Assembly (NCBI GenBank): GCA_016937695.1
Contig: JAFGWC010000123.1
Span: forward strand, 3,286-67,285
Direction: 5' to 3'
Source: Bacteroidales bacterium
GTDB lineage: Bacteria; Bacteroidota; Bacteroidia; Bacteroidales; NBLH01
Length of the DNA: 64,000 nucleotides
Below, piece by piece: positions 29,733 through 40,572 of the stretch. Made by a program: the position numbers and the translations under genes. Each line of letters opens with the position of its first letter. Positions within the stretch are counted from its first letter, which is position 1. The notes beneath the pieces were generated by a model. It did not search any database, was not told where the DNA came from, and saw nothing but the letters and a program-made list of their open reading frames with translations.

Positions 29733-29763
29733 TATCATAAAGAATTTTCATAGTTCTGATTTT

Positions 29764-29799
29764 GAGTAGTTACTCATTTTTTGAGTAACTACTTTTTTA
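29764..29799. terminator. Hairpin terminator after sdhB, overlapping the stop of the convergent radical SAM gene
   Basis: Stem gagtagttactca / tgagtaactact followed by a T6 run. Confidence 0.65.
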
Positions 29800-30801
29800 T
29801 TGAATTCTTAATCCTTCGGTACAATTTCTGCACATATCAATGTTTTTACGCGATTTTAAAATTCGTTTTCTAAAATTGCAATAGTTCTTGTTTCGCCATA
29901 TTTTTTCAAAACTTTCCTCTTTAATATTCCCCATTTTATATTTTGCATCTTTATCAAAACAACATGGAATCACATCACCTTCAATAGTAATTACCGGATT
30001 TGTCCACATTCGCCAGCATTTATTTTTTAATTTAGATCTGATTTCGAAGCTGCCGTCTTTTTGTTTTTTATATCTTGAATATTTTTGAATATCCGGAATT
30101 AATAAACTATTATTTTTATAATCATAAATTTGTGCCGATTTTAATTGTAATTTATTAACACCTAAGGCTTTAGATAGTTTTTTTATTTCTTTAATTTGAT
30201 GTTCATTTGTTTTCAAAACTAAGAATTGAATTATTACAAATGGTTTTTTTGATTTTAGCTTTTTCTTTGCTTTTACAATATTATTAATTCCGGAAATTAC
30301 TTTTTCTAAACTACCTCCAACTCTGTAATTTTCATACACTTCTTGAGTAATTCCGTCAATTGAAATAATTAGCTCATCTAATCCGCTTTTTATAGTTTTA
30401 ATTGAATTTTCTTCATCCAAAAAATGTCCATTTGTTGAAGTTGAAGTATAAATATTTTTACTATTAGCATAACTTATCATTTTAAACAATAATTTATTTA
30501 AATATGGCTCGCCTTGAAAATATAAAATAACATTTGTTAAATAAGAACTTAATTCATTAATTGCTTTTTTGTATATTTCCAAATCAATATTTCCTTTTTT
30601 TCTGTTTAAGGTTTGATTTCCTGTTGGACATTCCTTACAAAAAAGGTTGCATAAATTTGTTGGTTCAATAGAAATACCTGAAGGCATTCCCCAATAGAAT
30701 GGTCTTTTTAAAATATTTGATATATTGAAACTTATTAAAAGCTTTAAAAAATTAAACGCTTTTTTAATCGTAAGCTTTTTTAAAAAGAATAATTTTTGCA
30801 T
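29797..30801 (-). CDS. Radical SAM protein with C-terminal SPASM-type Cys cluster
   Basis: 'IEPTNLCNLFCKECP' (CX3CX2C), and a C-terminal 'CWRMW...GDVIPCCFD...CNFR...CRNC'. The start is uncertain. I chose the ATG (MQKLFF...); the ORF-track start at 30834 is a TTG. Confidence 0.8.
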   Translation of the reverse strand: MQKLFFLKKLTIKKAFNFLKLLISFNISNILKRPFYWGMPSGISIEPTNLCNLFCKECPTGNQTLNRKKGNIDLEIYKKAINELSSYLTNVILYFQGEPYLNKLLFKMISYANSKNIYTSTSTNGHFLDEENSIKTIKSGLDELIISIDGITQEVYENYRVGGSLEKVISGINNIVKAKKKLKSKKPFVIIQFLVLKTNEHQIKEIKKLSKALGVNKLQLKSAQIYDYKNNSLLIPDIQKYSRYKKQKDGSFEIRSKLKNKCWRMWTNPVITIEGDVIPCCFDKDAKYKMGNIKEESFEKIWRNKNYCNFRKRILKSRKNIDMCRNCTEGLRIQ

Positions 30802-30881
30802 ATAAAAATATAAAAATGAATTTTCTAATAACAAAAAAATAAAAAAAAAGATACTTTTATCTATTATTTAAATAAAATAAA

Positions 30882-31451
30882 TTGAAAAACAGGAAAATAA
30901 TAATCGCAGTTACAGGTGCAAGTGGTTCTATATATGCAAAACAATTAATTAACCATCTTGCAAAATTAAAATCACAAATTAATAATGTTTCACTTGTTTT
31001 TTCAAAAAATGCAATTGATGTTTGGGAGCATGAAATTGGAATTTTTGATAAAAACGAGATTCCATTCAAGATATATTCTCCAGATGATTTTTTTGCGCCA
31101 TTTGCTTCAGGATCAGCAAAATACGACACTATGATTATTTGTCCTTGCTCAATGGGCACACTTGGTAGAATTGCTCATGGAATTTCTGAAGACTTAATTA
31201 CTCGCGCTGCTGATGTTATCTTAAAAGAAAAACGAAAGTTAATATTAGTAACAAGAGAAACTCCTTTAAATCAAATACATATAAACAATATGAAAATAAT
31301 TTCTGATGTTGGAGGAATAATTTTTCCGGCAAGTCCTTCTTTTTACAGTTTGCCACAAAACATAACCGAATTAGTTGACACTGTTGTAAATAGAATTCTT
31401 GATTTAGCTGATATTGAAGCAAATACATATCGCTGGGGCGAAAATGATTAG
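30882..31451 (+). CDS. ubiX: Flavin prenyltransferase UbiX
   Basis: 'KIIIAVTGASGSIYA', 'ICPCSMGTLGRIAHG' and 'RKLILVTRETPL'. Confidence 0.9.
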   Translation: MKNRKIIIAVTGASGSIYAKQLINHLAKLKSQINNVSLVFSKNAIDVWEHEIGIFDKNEIPFKIYSPDDFFAPFASGSAKYDTMIICPCSMGTLGRIAHGISEDLITRAADVILKEKRKLILVTRETPLNQIHINNMKIISDVGGIIFPASPSFYSLPQNITELVDTVVNRILDLADIEANTYRWGEND

Positions 31452-31672
31452 TTTTTAAAATTATAAAATACAAAAATCAAATTTCAAACAAATCTCAATT
31501 TCTAAAAAACTAAATTTGTCTTCCAACTTGCTTATATAAAACGTTTTAGCAAATTGAAATTTTTAATTTATTATTTGAGACTTATAGTTTTCAGGAACTC
31601 ATATTATTAGTTTTGCTCACAAGTTTTTTTTACTTTATTTTGTGATGATTTATAAATTTATCAATTAAACTA

Positions 31673-32431
31673 TTGGAACTTTCAAAAAAAATATATTTTG
31701 CATCAGATTTACATCTTGGTTTACCAAACTTTGAAAAAAGTCTTAAAAGAGAAAAACTTTTTGTTAAATGGCTTGATGAAATAAAAAAAGATGCTGCAGA
31801 AATTTACTTACTTGGTGATATTTTTGATTTCTGGCACGAATGGAAACGTGCTGCACCTCAGGGTTTTGTGAGAATGCTCGGCAAATTAGCCGAGATTTCA
31901 GACAGTGGAATTCCAATTCATCTATTTACCGGAAATCATGATATTTGGATTTACGATTACTTACCCAGAGAAATTGGTGTAATTCTTCACCGAAAGGAAT
32001 ATATAATCGAAAACTCAGGTAAAAAAATTTTCATGGCTCATGGCGATGGACTTGGTCCAGGTGATTTTTCGTATAAACTTCTAAAAAAAATATTTACAAA
32101 TAAATTTTTGCAATGGTGTTTTAAACGCCTTCACCCCGATTTTGCTCTTTGGATTGGACATTCGTGGTCGAGCAATAGAAGAATGACAGAACGCTATCCT
32201 GTTTTTCATGGTATTGATAATGAATGGCTTATATCATATTCTAAAAAAAAATTAGAAAAAGAGCATTTTGATTATTTCATATTTGGACACAGACATTTAC
32301 CTGGCGTTCATGATATTTCAGAAAAAAGTAAATACATAAATTTAGGCGATTGGCTTAGCAATTTTACTTATGGTGTTTTTGATGGCGAAAAATTTGAATT
32401 GAAAAAATATTTAGAAGAAAACAGTCAGTAA
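31673..32431 (+). CDS. lpxH: UDP-2,3-diacylglucosamine diphosphatase-like metallophosphoesterase (LpxH-like)
   Basis: 'IYFASDLHLG', 'LLGDIFDFW', 'TGNHDIW', 'MAHGDG' and 'IFGHRH'. TTG start as given in the ORF track. Confidence 0.7.
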   Translation: MELSKKIYFASDLHLGLPNFEKSLKREKLFVKWLDEIKKDAAEIYLLGDIFDFWHEWKRAAPQGFVRMLGKLAEISDSGIPIHLFTGNHDIWIYDYLPREIGVILHRKEYIIENSGKKIFMAHGDGLGPGDFSYKLLKKIFTNKFLQWCFKRLHPDFALWIGHSWSSNRRMTERYPVFHGIDNEWLISYSKKKLEKEHFDYFIFGHRHLPGVHDISEKSKYINLGDWLSNFTYGVFDGEKFELKKYLEENSQ

Positions 32432-32436
32432 AAAAA

Positions 32437-32478
32437 CCATATAAGTAATATAAGAGTTAACTTATATGCCTTATATGG
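32437..32478. terminator. Hairpin between convergent lpxH-like and lepA genes
   Basis: ccatataag..ataag-agttaa-cttat..cttatatgg. An A-run on the + strand precedes it, which is a T-run for the minus-strand lepA transcript. Confidence 0.55.
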
Positions 32479-32508
32479 CTCAAAAAATCATTAATATAGT
32501 TTTACAAC

Positions 32509-34296
32509 TTAATCCAATTTCAAAACTGCTAAAAATGCTTTTTGTGGAACTTCAACATTTCCAATTTGTTTCATTTTCTTTTTGCCTTTTTTCTGTTTCT
32601 CTAAAAGTTTTCTTTTACGTGTAATATCACCACCATAACATTTTGCAGTTACGTCCTTACGAACGGCTTTTACTGTTTGTCGCGCTATAATTTTTGAACC
32701 AATTCCTGCTTGAATAGCGATATCAAATTGCTGACGTGGAATAAGTTCCTTTAATTTTTCACACATTCTTTTTCCAAAACTATAAGCATTATCCTGATGA
32801 ATTAATGTTGATAGTGCATCAACAGGTTCACTATTTAATAAAATATCAAGTTTAACTAATTTGGCTACTTTATATCCTGATTGCTGATAATCAAAAGAAG
32901 CATATCCTTTTGAAATACTTTTTAATTTATCATAAAAATCAAAAACTATTTCGCTTAAAGGCATTTCAAAAGTCATTTCAACTCTTTCTGCAGTTAAATA
33001 ATGTTGTCTTTTTAATTCACCTCTTTTATCTAAACATAAAGTCATTATTGAACCTATATATTCAGATTTTGTTATAATTTGAGATGTAATATATGGTTCT
33101 TCAATTTCTTTTAGATATTTTGGATCGGGCAAACCGGCAGGATTATGAACATCTATTTTTTCTCCTTTTGTTGTAGTAATTTTATAAGAAACGTTTGGAA
33201 CAGTTGTAATAACATTCATATCAAACTCTCTATCAAGCCTTTCCTGAATTATTTCCATATGTAGCAAACCTAAAAAGCCGCATCTAAATCCAAATCCAAG
33301 CGCCATTGATGACTCAGGCTCAAAAGTTAAGGAGGCATCATTAAGCTGAAGTCTTTCCATAGAATTCCGTAATTCTTCATAATCTTCAGCATCTATAGGA
33401 TAAACTCCTGCAAAAACCATCGGTTTTACTTCTTCAAAACCTTCAATTACATTAGTACAAGGATTAATAACACTTGTAATTGTATCTCCAACTTTTACTT
33501 CTTTTGAAGCTTTTATTCCTGAAATTATATAACCAACATCACCTGAAAACATCTCTTTCCGAGGTTCTTGAGTCATTCTTAAAACACCAATTTCATCGGC
33601 GTAATATTCTTTTCCTGTATTAACAAACTTTACAAGTTCGCCTTTTTTTAAACTACCGTTAACTATTTTAAAATATGCAACAATTCCTCGATAAGAATTA
33701 AAAACTGAATCAAAAATCAAAGCTTGAAGAGGTGCATTATTATCACCTTTGGGTGCAGGAATAACTTCAATAATTCTTTTTAGGATTTCTTCAACTCCTA
33801 ATCCTGTTTTTCCGCTAGCTTCAATTATATCTTCTCTATCGCAACCAATTAATTCAACAATTTGATCTGCAACCTCTTCTGGCATAGCTGAAGCCATATC
33901 CATTTTATTCATTACAGGAATAATTTCCAAATCATTTTCTATTGCTAAATAAAGATTTGAAATTGTCTGAGCCTGAATGCCTTGTGTTGCATCAACAATT
34001 AATAATGCACCTTCGCATGCAGCTATTGAACGTGAAACTTCATACGAAAAATCAACATGACCCGGCGTATCTATAAGATTTAGAACATAATCATTATCTA
34101 AATATCTGTAATTCATTTGAATAGCATGACTTTTTATTGTAATGCCTCTTTCTCTCTCCAACTCCATATCGTCAAGAACTTGTTCGTGCAACTCCCTGTC
34201 GGAAATTGTGTTAGTTTTTTCCAATAATCTATCAGCTAAAGTGCTTTTGCCATGATCGATATGAGCAATTATGCAAAAATTTCTTATTTTATCCAT
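32509..34296 (-). CDS. lepA: Elongation factor 4 (LepA)
   Basis: '[22 protein letters not shown]', 'DTPGHVDF', 'NKMD' and the LepA-specific C-terminal '[25 protein letters not shown]'. Confidence 0.97.
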   Translation of the reverse strand: MDKIRNFCIIAHIDHGKSTLADRLLEKTNTISDRELHEQVLDDMELERERGITIKSHAIQMNYRYLDNDYVLNLIDTPGHVDFSYEVSRSIAACEGALLIVDATQGIQAQTISNLYLAIENDLEIIPVMNKMDMASAMPEEVADQIVELIGCDREDIIEASGKTGLGVEEILKRIIEVIPAPKGDNNAPLQALIFDSVFNSYRGIVAYFKIVNGSLKKGELVKFVNTGKEYYADEIGVLRMTQEPRKEMFSGDVGYIISGIKASKEVKVGDTITSVINPCTNVIEGFEEVKPMVFAGVYPIDAEDYEELRNSMERLQLNDASLTFEPESSMALGFGFRCGFLGLLHMEIIQERLDREFDMNVITTVPNVSYKITTTKGEKIDVHNPAGLPDPKYLKEIEEPYITSQIITKSEYIGSIMTLCLDKRGELKRQHYLTAERVEMTFEMPLSEIVFDFYDKLKSISKGYASFDYQQSGYKVAKLVKLDILLNSEPVDALSTLIHQDNAYSFGKRMCEKLKELIPRQQFDIAIQAGIGSKIIARQTVKAVRKDVTAKCYGGDITRKRKLLEKQKKGKKKMKQIGNVEVPQKAFLAVLKLD

Positions 34297-34454
34297 TAAT
34301 GCTGAACTTTCTTTTAAATTTTTTGCAAATATATAAAAGAGTTTCAGATTATTAATGCCATTAATTTATTTAAACACTGAAATTTTTCTGATATGCAACT
34401 TTAATAGATGTAAACCTGTCTAAAAAATATGAATTATTTATAATTTAAACTCCT

Positions 34455-37400
34455 ATGAAAACCAAATTAATTTTACTGCTTACTTTATTTTACACATTTA
34501 TAAATGCACAAAATATTGATAAAAAAACAGCTGAGAAAGTAGCTGAAAATTTCCTTTTTGAAAAACTATCCAGCAACAATAAAAACATAACTATCAATAA
34601 ATTATCTTTTTATGAACATAATTTTGAAGATATTGAGTTTTCAAATAAAGAAAAATCATTTTATATTCTAAATTTTAAAGATTTTAATTCTTTTGTAATA
34701 ATATCAGCAAATAATAAAGTAAATCCCATATTAGCTTATTCCTTAACAAGCCAATTTAGTTCAAAAAATATTCCGCCTGCTTTATCAGATTGGTTATTAA
34801 GCACGAATAATCAAATAATTAAAGCAAAAAATTCGAAAAATATTGTTTCTGATAAAATTAAAAAGCTTTGGGAAAAATATAATACAGATAATTTTAAACT
34901 GAGTTCAAACACAGAATTTTCAAATAAAACAACAATAAAAGCCGTATCAGAACTTTTGTCAACAAGCTGGAATCAAGGTAAATATTTCAATACATTATGT
35001 CCTGAATGCAGCACTGGTGGTTCTGACGGACATGTTTGGGCAGGTTGTGTTGCTACTGCATACGCTCAGGTTATGAAATATTATAATTATCCTGATTATG
35101 GTGAAGGAGAACATTCATATACACATTCAATTTATGGCTATCAATATGCTGATTTTGAGAACACTAACTATAAATGGTCTGAAATGCCAAATTATGTATC
35201 TGCATATAATGATGATATTGCTCAACTTCTTTATCACTGCGGAGTTGCTGTTAATATGAATTACAGTCCGAGTGGTTCTGGCGCAAGCGGTTCATCAGCT
35301 AGAACTGCAATGGTAAATTATTTCAAATATTCTTCAAATGCTTTATATACAAGCAAATACAATTATACTGATGAAAATTGGAAAAAGCTGATTAGAAACG
35401 AAATAGATAACGGCAAACCAATGTATTATGTAGGATACGGAACAGGCGGACACGCTTTTAATTGCGATGGATATGACGATTCAGACTACTTTCATTTTAA
35501 TTGGGGTTGGGGCGGCGCGTACAACGGTTATTTTCTTTTAGATGATTTAACTCCCGGAGGCTCCGATTTTACAGATTCGCAATCGGCTGTTGTTGGAGCA
35601 GTTCCAAAACATCTTGAAGAAAAATTCGATAGTTTATCTGCTGTTATTTTAACTTCTTCAAATCCTTATAATTCAACAACTTCTGATGGATTAAATTTAG
35701 CAAATTCATATTCGGGTTCATATTTTCATTCTACAGGAAAAGAAAAAATTCACAAAATATCTACAGCCTTTTCAGGTAGAATTTCAGCAAAATTATCAAA
35801 TCTAAATGATAATGATTTGGATGTTTTTATTTTAAAATACGCCGACAGAAATGCATGCTTGGCAAACGGAGATTTAAATGCAACTTTAGATAATGCCGAA
35901 ATTGGAGATTATTACATTATTGTTGATGGAAGATATGCAAACGAAGGAGAATATACTTTAGAAGTCAGTTGTCCTGATGAAAAAGCTGATTTAATTGTGG
36001 AATTTCCAAAAATTGAGCCTTATTTAATTATGCCGGGACAAACTTTTCAAATAAATTCAAGAGTTAAAAATATTGGTAATTCAAATGCAGCCTCAAATAA
36101 ACTCGAATATTTTCTTTCAGAAGATAATGAATTAAGTGGCGATGATATTTCTATTGGTTTTTCTGATGTTTCGGCTTTAATTTCGAAACAGGAAATTTCT
36201 ATAAGCGAGTTTGTTAATTTACCAGAAGGTTTAACTGCGGGAACAAAGTACATTATTTTAAAAATTGACTCGGAAAATACTGTAAATGAGACAGATGAAG
36301 ATTTAAACACAAGTTCAATCTCATTTCAAATTCCGGAAACAGGAATTATGGATTGCAGTACTGCAATTGAATTAGAAAATAATATAACTTTTTACGGAAA
36401 TACTGCTTTAAATGGAACTTCAAATATTGATAATTACTCTTGTTTCTGGAATTTAACAAACAAAGAAATAATTCATTCCTTTACACCAGAATATTCTGGA
36501 ATTGCAGAATTAGAATTTTCAGAAACACTTGAAGGACAAATGTTTGCACTTTTGTTATCGGCATGTAATGAGAATACATGTATAAATACTTTCGGAATTT
36601 GGGAACACGGCGCTACAAGTTCAATAAATGAATTTCATGTAATTGGCGGAATTACATACTATATTGTCATAGATGGAAATAATGATATGGGAAATTCTGA
36701 AGGTGAATATTCGATTAAAGTAAAATTTCCGGAAGAATGTCCAAGTCCTTTTATTTATCCCGGCGATTTTGACAAATGCATTGGCGATGCGGATATTTAT
36801 TTGAGCACACATTGGGCATTTCCAAATTTTCAATGGACAAAAGATAATATGCTGATTTCCAATGAAAACAATTCTTATTTAAGAGTTAACCAAACTGGTT
36901 TATATTCTGTTAAAGTTACAGAAAATAATTGTATCGGTGAATCGGAAAAAGTACAAGTTAGATATAACGAAAAGCCATCTTCTACAGATATTTCAGCAAC
37001 AGATAAAACAACTATTTGCGATGGAAAAAATGTAAATCTTCAATTGTCTGATGATTTGGGTTATTCTTATCAATGGTTTAAAAATGATGACACTATAAAA
37101 AATGCCACAAACTTTAATTATTTTGCTTTTGAAGAAGGCAGTTACAAAGTAAAAATAACAAATATCAGTTGCACAGCAGAAAGCAATGAAATAGATATAA
37201 ATATTTTGGAATCTCCCGAAATTTATATTGGTAAAGACACTTCAATTTATACAAATCAATCGATAAGTTTAGATGCCGGAATTGGCTTTAACAGCTATTT
37301 GTGGAATACTGAAGAAACTACACAAACTATTACATTTAATGGAAATATTGGTTCAGGTAATTATAGCTATTATGTTAAAGTTACCAACGATAATATGTGT

Positions 37401-37715
37401 GAAAATTCTGATACAATTTTAATTACAGTTCAAAATATTACTGATATCAATGAAATTTCATTTGATAAATCGATAAAATTATATCCAAATCCTGCAAAAG
37501 ACAATTTAACAATTGAGTTTGTAAATAAAAGTAAATCAGTAACTTACATTGAAATTTATGATATTTCAGGAAATCTGATAATACAAAAAGAATTCAAAAA
37601 CAGTTTACAATTTTTTAAAGAAAAAATAAATTTACAGCAATTAAAAAGTGGAACTTATATGATTAGAATTAAAAATTCAGATAATTTAATACTTAAAAAA
37701 ATTATTCTTGAATAA
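34455..37715 (+). CDS. Multidomain secreted C10-family cysteine peptidase (streptopain/Bfp-like) with T9SS sorting domain
   Basis: Signal peptide, then an I69-like prodomain ('FYILNFKDFNSFVIISANNKVNPILAYS'). C10 core with catalytic Cys 'WAGCVATAYAQVMKYY' and His region 'GGHAFNCDGYD...FHFNWGWGG'. Downstream are PPC/CARDB/Ig-like modules. Confidence 0.85.
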   Translation: MKTKLILLLTLFYTFINAQNIDKKTAEKVAENFLFEKLSSNNKNITINKLSFYEHNFEDIEFSNKEKSFYILNFKDFNSFVIISANNKVNPILAYSLTSQFSSKNIPPALSDWLLSTNNQIIKAKNSKNIVSDKIKKLWEKYNTDNFKLSSNTEFSNKTTIKAVSELLSTSWNQGKYFNTLCPECSTGGSDGHVWAGCVATAYAQVMKYYNYPDYGEGEHSYTHSIYGYQYADFENTNYKWSEMPNYVSAYNDDIAQLLYHCGVAVNMNYSPSGSGASGSSARTAMVNYFKYSSNALYTSKYNYTDENWKKLIRNEIDNGKPMYYVGYGTGGHAFNCDGYDDSDYFHFNWGWGGAYNGYFLLDDLTPGGSDFTDSQSAVVGAVPKHLEEKFDSLSAVILTSSNPYNSTTSDGLNLANSYSGSYFHSTGKEKIHKISTAFSGRISAKLSNLNDNDLDVFILKYADRNACLANGDLNATLDNAEIGDYYIIVDGRYANEGEYTLEVSCPDEKADLIVEFPKIEPYLIMPGQTFQINSRVKNIGNSNAASNKLEYFLSEDNELSGDDISIGFSDVSALISKQEISISEFVNLPEGLTAGTKYIILKIDSENTVNETDEDLNTSSISFQIPETGIMDCSTAIELENNITFYGNTALNGTSNIDNYSCFWNLTNKEIIHSFTPEYSGIAELEFSETLEGQMFALLLSACNENTCINTFGIWEHGATSSINEFHVIGGITYYIVIDGNNDMGNSEGEYSIKVKFPEECPSPFIYPGDFDKCIGDADIYLSTHWAFPNFQWTKDNMLISNENNSYLRVNQTGLYSVKVTENNCIGESEKVQVRYNEKPSSTDISATDKTTICDGKNVNLQLSDDLGYSYQWFKNDDTIKNATNFNYFAFEEGSYKVKITNISCTAESNEIDINILESPEIYIGKDTSIYTNQSISLDAGIGFNSYLWNTEETTQTITFNGNIGSGNYSYYVKVTNDNMCENSDTILITVQNITDINEISFDKSIKLYPNPAKDNLTIEFVNKSKSVTYIEIYDISGNLIIQKEFKNSLQFFKEKINLQQLKSGTYMIRIKNSDNLILKKIILE
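37474..37712 (+). other. T9SS C-terminal sorting domain of the C10 peptidase
   Basis: 'IKLYPNPAKDNLTIEF...IEIYDISGNLI...LKSGTYMIRIKNSDNLILKKIILE'. Confidence 0.75.
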
Positions 37716-37887
37716 AATATTCAATAAAACTAAAATTTATCATTTTTTTTATATAATCATAAAAAAAACTTCCGTAACTTTAATAAAAACTTCATCAAAA
37801 AACATAATGCCTTGATTTACTGATTAATGGAAATTTGATTATTCATTAACTAAATTCTGATATTATGCTTATAACAAATTCAAAAAA

Positions 37888-38334
37888 ATGATTGTGGCTA
37901 TTTTGGCCATAACATTAACAATTGTAAGTTTTTCAAGCTGCAATAAAGATGAAGATAAACTTACAAAAAAAGACATGTTAACTACAACTTGGAATATAAC
38001 AAGTTGGTATAGTGATACATTCACATTAATTCCATATCCTGATTTTAATTTAATAATAGAATTAAAATTTGAAAATGATGGAGATTTCACATTTGCGCTT
38101 ATTATTCCAGGAAATCCAGACCCAGTAATAATTAATGGCACTTGGGCATTTAATGATGATGAAACAGAATTAACTCTAGATTTTGTATTAGATCTGAAAT
38201 CATCTTTAAATTTGCCTTTAATTAACAAATTTAAATCTACAGATGCAGAATACACTTATGATATTATTAAATTAACTGAAAATGAATTACATATAGAAAG
38301 TGCAGTTGAAGTAATTAAAGCAGAAAAAAAATAA
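37888..38334 (+). CDS. Lipocalin-like lipoprotein (148 aa)
   Basis: Lipobox 'VSFSSC'. 'TTTWNITSW' and 'GTWAFNDDETELTL...YDIIKLTENELHIE' resemble Bacteroidota lipocalin-like domain proteins. Confidence 0.6.
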   Translation: MIVAILAITLTIVSFSSCNKDEDKLTKKDMLTTTWNITSWYSDTFTLIPYPDFNLIIELKFENDGDFTFALIIPGNPDPVIINGTWAFNDDETELTLDFVLDLKSSLNLPLINKFKSTDAEYTYDIIKLTENELHIESAVEVIKAEKK

Positions 38335-38355
38335 ATATTCTTATCGAATTAATAA

Positions 38356-38382
38356 AAAAGCACTCTTTACGAGTGCTTTTTT
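38356..38382. terminator. Bidirectional terminator between the lipocalin-like gene and mutB
   Basis: aaaagcactc-tttac-gagtgctttt, with an A-run and a T-run flanking a GC-containing stem. Confidence 0.65.
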
Positions 38383-38389
38383 ATATTTA

Positions 38390-40531
38390 TTAGCTTACGC
38401 TTTGAATTAAAATATCTAAAATTTTACAAGCAGCTGCAGAAACTGAAGTTCCGGGACCGAAAATACCAACAACACCGGCATCATACAAAAACTGATAATC
38501 CTGATGTGGAATTACACCGCCGGCAATTATCATAATATCTTCGCGACCAAGTTTTTTCAATTCTTCAATTACTTGCGGAATTAATGTTTTATGTCCGGCA
38601 GCCAAGCTAGAAACTCCTAAAATATGAACATCATTTTCAACGGCTTGTTTTGCACATTCTGCAGGAGTTTGGAATAATGGTCCGATATCCACATCAAAAC
38701 CAATATCAGCATAGCCTGTAGAAACAACTTTGGCGCCTCTGTCGTGTCCATCTTGCCCCATTTTTGCAATCATAATTCTTGGTCTTCGTCCTTCAAGTTC
38801 CGTAAACTTATCAGCAAGTTCTCTCGCTTTCAAAAAGTCTTTGTCTTTTGCTGATTCTGATGAATATATGCCTGATATTGACCTGATTATTGCTTTATAT
38901 CTTCCTTTAATTTTTTCCATAGCATCTGAAATTTCTCCAAGTGTAGCTCTTTTTTGTGCAGCAATTATCGCTAATTCTAACAAGTTTCCTTCTCCTGTTT
39001 CTGTTGATTTTGTTATTGCATCTAAAGCTATTTTTACCTCATCTTCATTTCTTTCATCTTTTAACTTTTTCAATCTATTTAATTGAGATTCTCTAACCGT
39101 TGTGTTATCAACTTCGAGAATATCCAAAGGATCTTCATGTTCTAATTTATACTTATTTACACCAACAATTGTATCTAAACCTGAATCAATTCGTGCTTGT
39201 TTTCTTGCAGCAGCTTCTTCAATTCTCATTTTTGGAATTCCGGTTTCTATAGCTTTTGCCATTCCGCCAAGCTCTTCAACTTCTTCTATAAGCGCCCAAG
39301 CTTTTTGTGCTATTTCATGTGTCAGATATTCAACATAATACGAGCCTGCCCAAGGATCAACCGAACGACAGATATTTGTTTCCTCCTGAATATAAATCTG
39401 AGTATTACGCGCAATACGTGCCGAAAAATCAGTTGGTAAAGCAATTGCTTCATCAAGGGCATTTGTGTGTAAAGATTGAGTATGTCCAAGAGCTGCCGCC
39501 ATTGCTTCAACGCAAGTTCGGGCAACATTATTATACGGATCTTGTTCGGTTAAACTCCAGCCTGAAGTCTGCGAATGCGTTCTTAAAGCTAAAGATTTTT
39601 CACTCTTCGGATTAAATTTTTTTACAATTTTTGCCCATAACATTCTGGCAGCACGCATTTTAGCTATTTCCATAAAGTGGTTCATACCGACTGCCCAGAA
39701 AAATGAAATTCTAGGTGCAAATGCATCTATGTCTAAACCGGCTTGCACTCCGGCTTTTAAATATTCAAGTCCATCGGCAAGTGTATATGCTAACTCAATA
39801 TCGGCAGTAGCTCCTGCTTCTTGCATATGATATCCTGATACAGAAATTGAATTAAATTTAGGCATTTTTTGTGATGTATATTCAAAAATATCAGCAATAA
39901 TACGCATTGAAAATTCCGGTGGATATATATACGTATTTCGCACCATAAATTCTTTAAGAATATCATTCTGAATTGTTCCTGAAAGCTGCTCTAAAGTAGC
40001 TCCTTGTTCAAGTCCAGTAACAATGTAAAATGCCATAATTGGCAAAACAGCTCCATTCATTGTCATTGAAACCGACATTTTATCCAAAGGAATTTGGTCG
40101 AAAAGGATTTTCATATCCAATATCGAATCAATTGCCACACCTGCTTTTCCAACATCACCTACAACTCGCTCATGATCAGAATCATAGCCTCTATGCGTTG
40201 CCAAATCGAAAGCTACAGAAAGTCCTTTTTGACCTGCTGCAAGATTGCGACGATAAAATGCATTTGACTCTTCGGCTGTTGAAAATCCTGCATATTGACG
40301 AATTGTCCAAGGACGCATTACGTACATCGCAGAATATGGCCCTCTTAAAAACGGCGGAATTCCTGCTGCGTAATTAAGATGTTCCATATTTTCAATATCT
40401 TCCTTTGTATATTTACTTTTTACCGGAATTTGTTCTGGTGTGTTCCAAAGCTCATTTTTTGATATATCAGTAATTTTGACATCAAATTTTGAAGCTTTTT
40501 TTATATCTATATTTTTAAAATCTGGTTTCAT
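38390..40531 (-). CDS. mutB: Methylmalonyl-CoA mutase large (catalytic) subunit
   Basis: '[18 protein letters not shown]', '[17 protein letters not shown]' and the C-terminal B12-binding domain '[11 protein letters not shown]' (DxHxxG). Confidence 0.95.
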   Translation of the reverse strand: MKPDFKNIDIKKASKFDVKITDISKNELWNTPEQIPVKSKYTKEDIENMEHLNYAAGIPPFLRGPYSAMYVMRPWTIRQYAGFSTAEESNAFYRRNLAAGQKGLSVAFDLATHRGYDSDHERVVGDVGKAGVAIDSILDMKILFDQIPLDKMSVSMTMNGAVLPIMAFYIVTGLEQGATLEQLSGTIQNDILKEFMVRNTYIYPPEFSMRIIADIFEYTSQKMPKFNSISVSGYHMQEAGATADIELAYTLADGLEYLKAGVQAGLDIDAFAPRISFFWAVGMNHFMEIAKMRAARMLWAKIVKKFNPKSEKSLALRTHSQTSGWSLTEQDPYNNVARTCVEAMAAALGHTQSLHTNALDEAIALPTDFSARIARNTQIYIQEETNICRSVDPWAGSYYVEYLTHEIAQKAWALIEEVEELGGMAKAIETGIPKMRIEEAAARKQARIDSGLDTIVGVNKYKLEHEDPLDILEVDNTTVRESQLNRLKKLKDERNEDEVKIALDAITKSTETGEGNLLELAIIAAQKRATLGEISDAMEKIKGRYKAIIRSISGIYSSESAKDKDFLKARELADKFTELEGRRPRIMIAKMGQDGHDRGAKVVSTGYADIGFDVDIGPLFQTPAECAKQAVENDVHILGVSSLAAGHKTLIPQVIEELKKLGREDIMIIAGGVIPHQDYQFLYDAGVVGIFGPGTSVSAAACKILDILIQSVS

Positions 40532-40572
40532 CTGAAAATTTGTAAATTTTAAATTAAAAATGATAAATTATA

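Noticed and set aside
30857-31159. 100-aa minus-strand ORF overlapping ubiX, and similar antisense ORFs in the giant gene, mutAB, the NhaC gene and others
   Set aside because: Each overlaps a strongly supported gene on the other strand and carries no recognisable motif. These are typical shadow ORFs.
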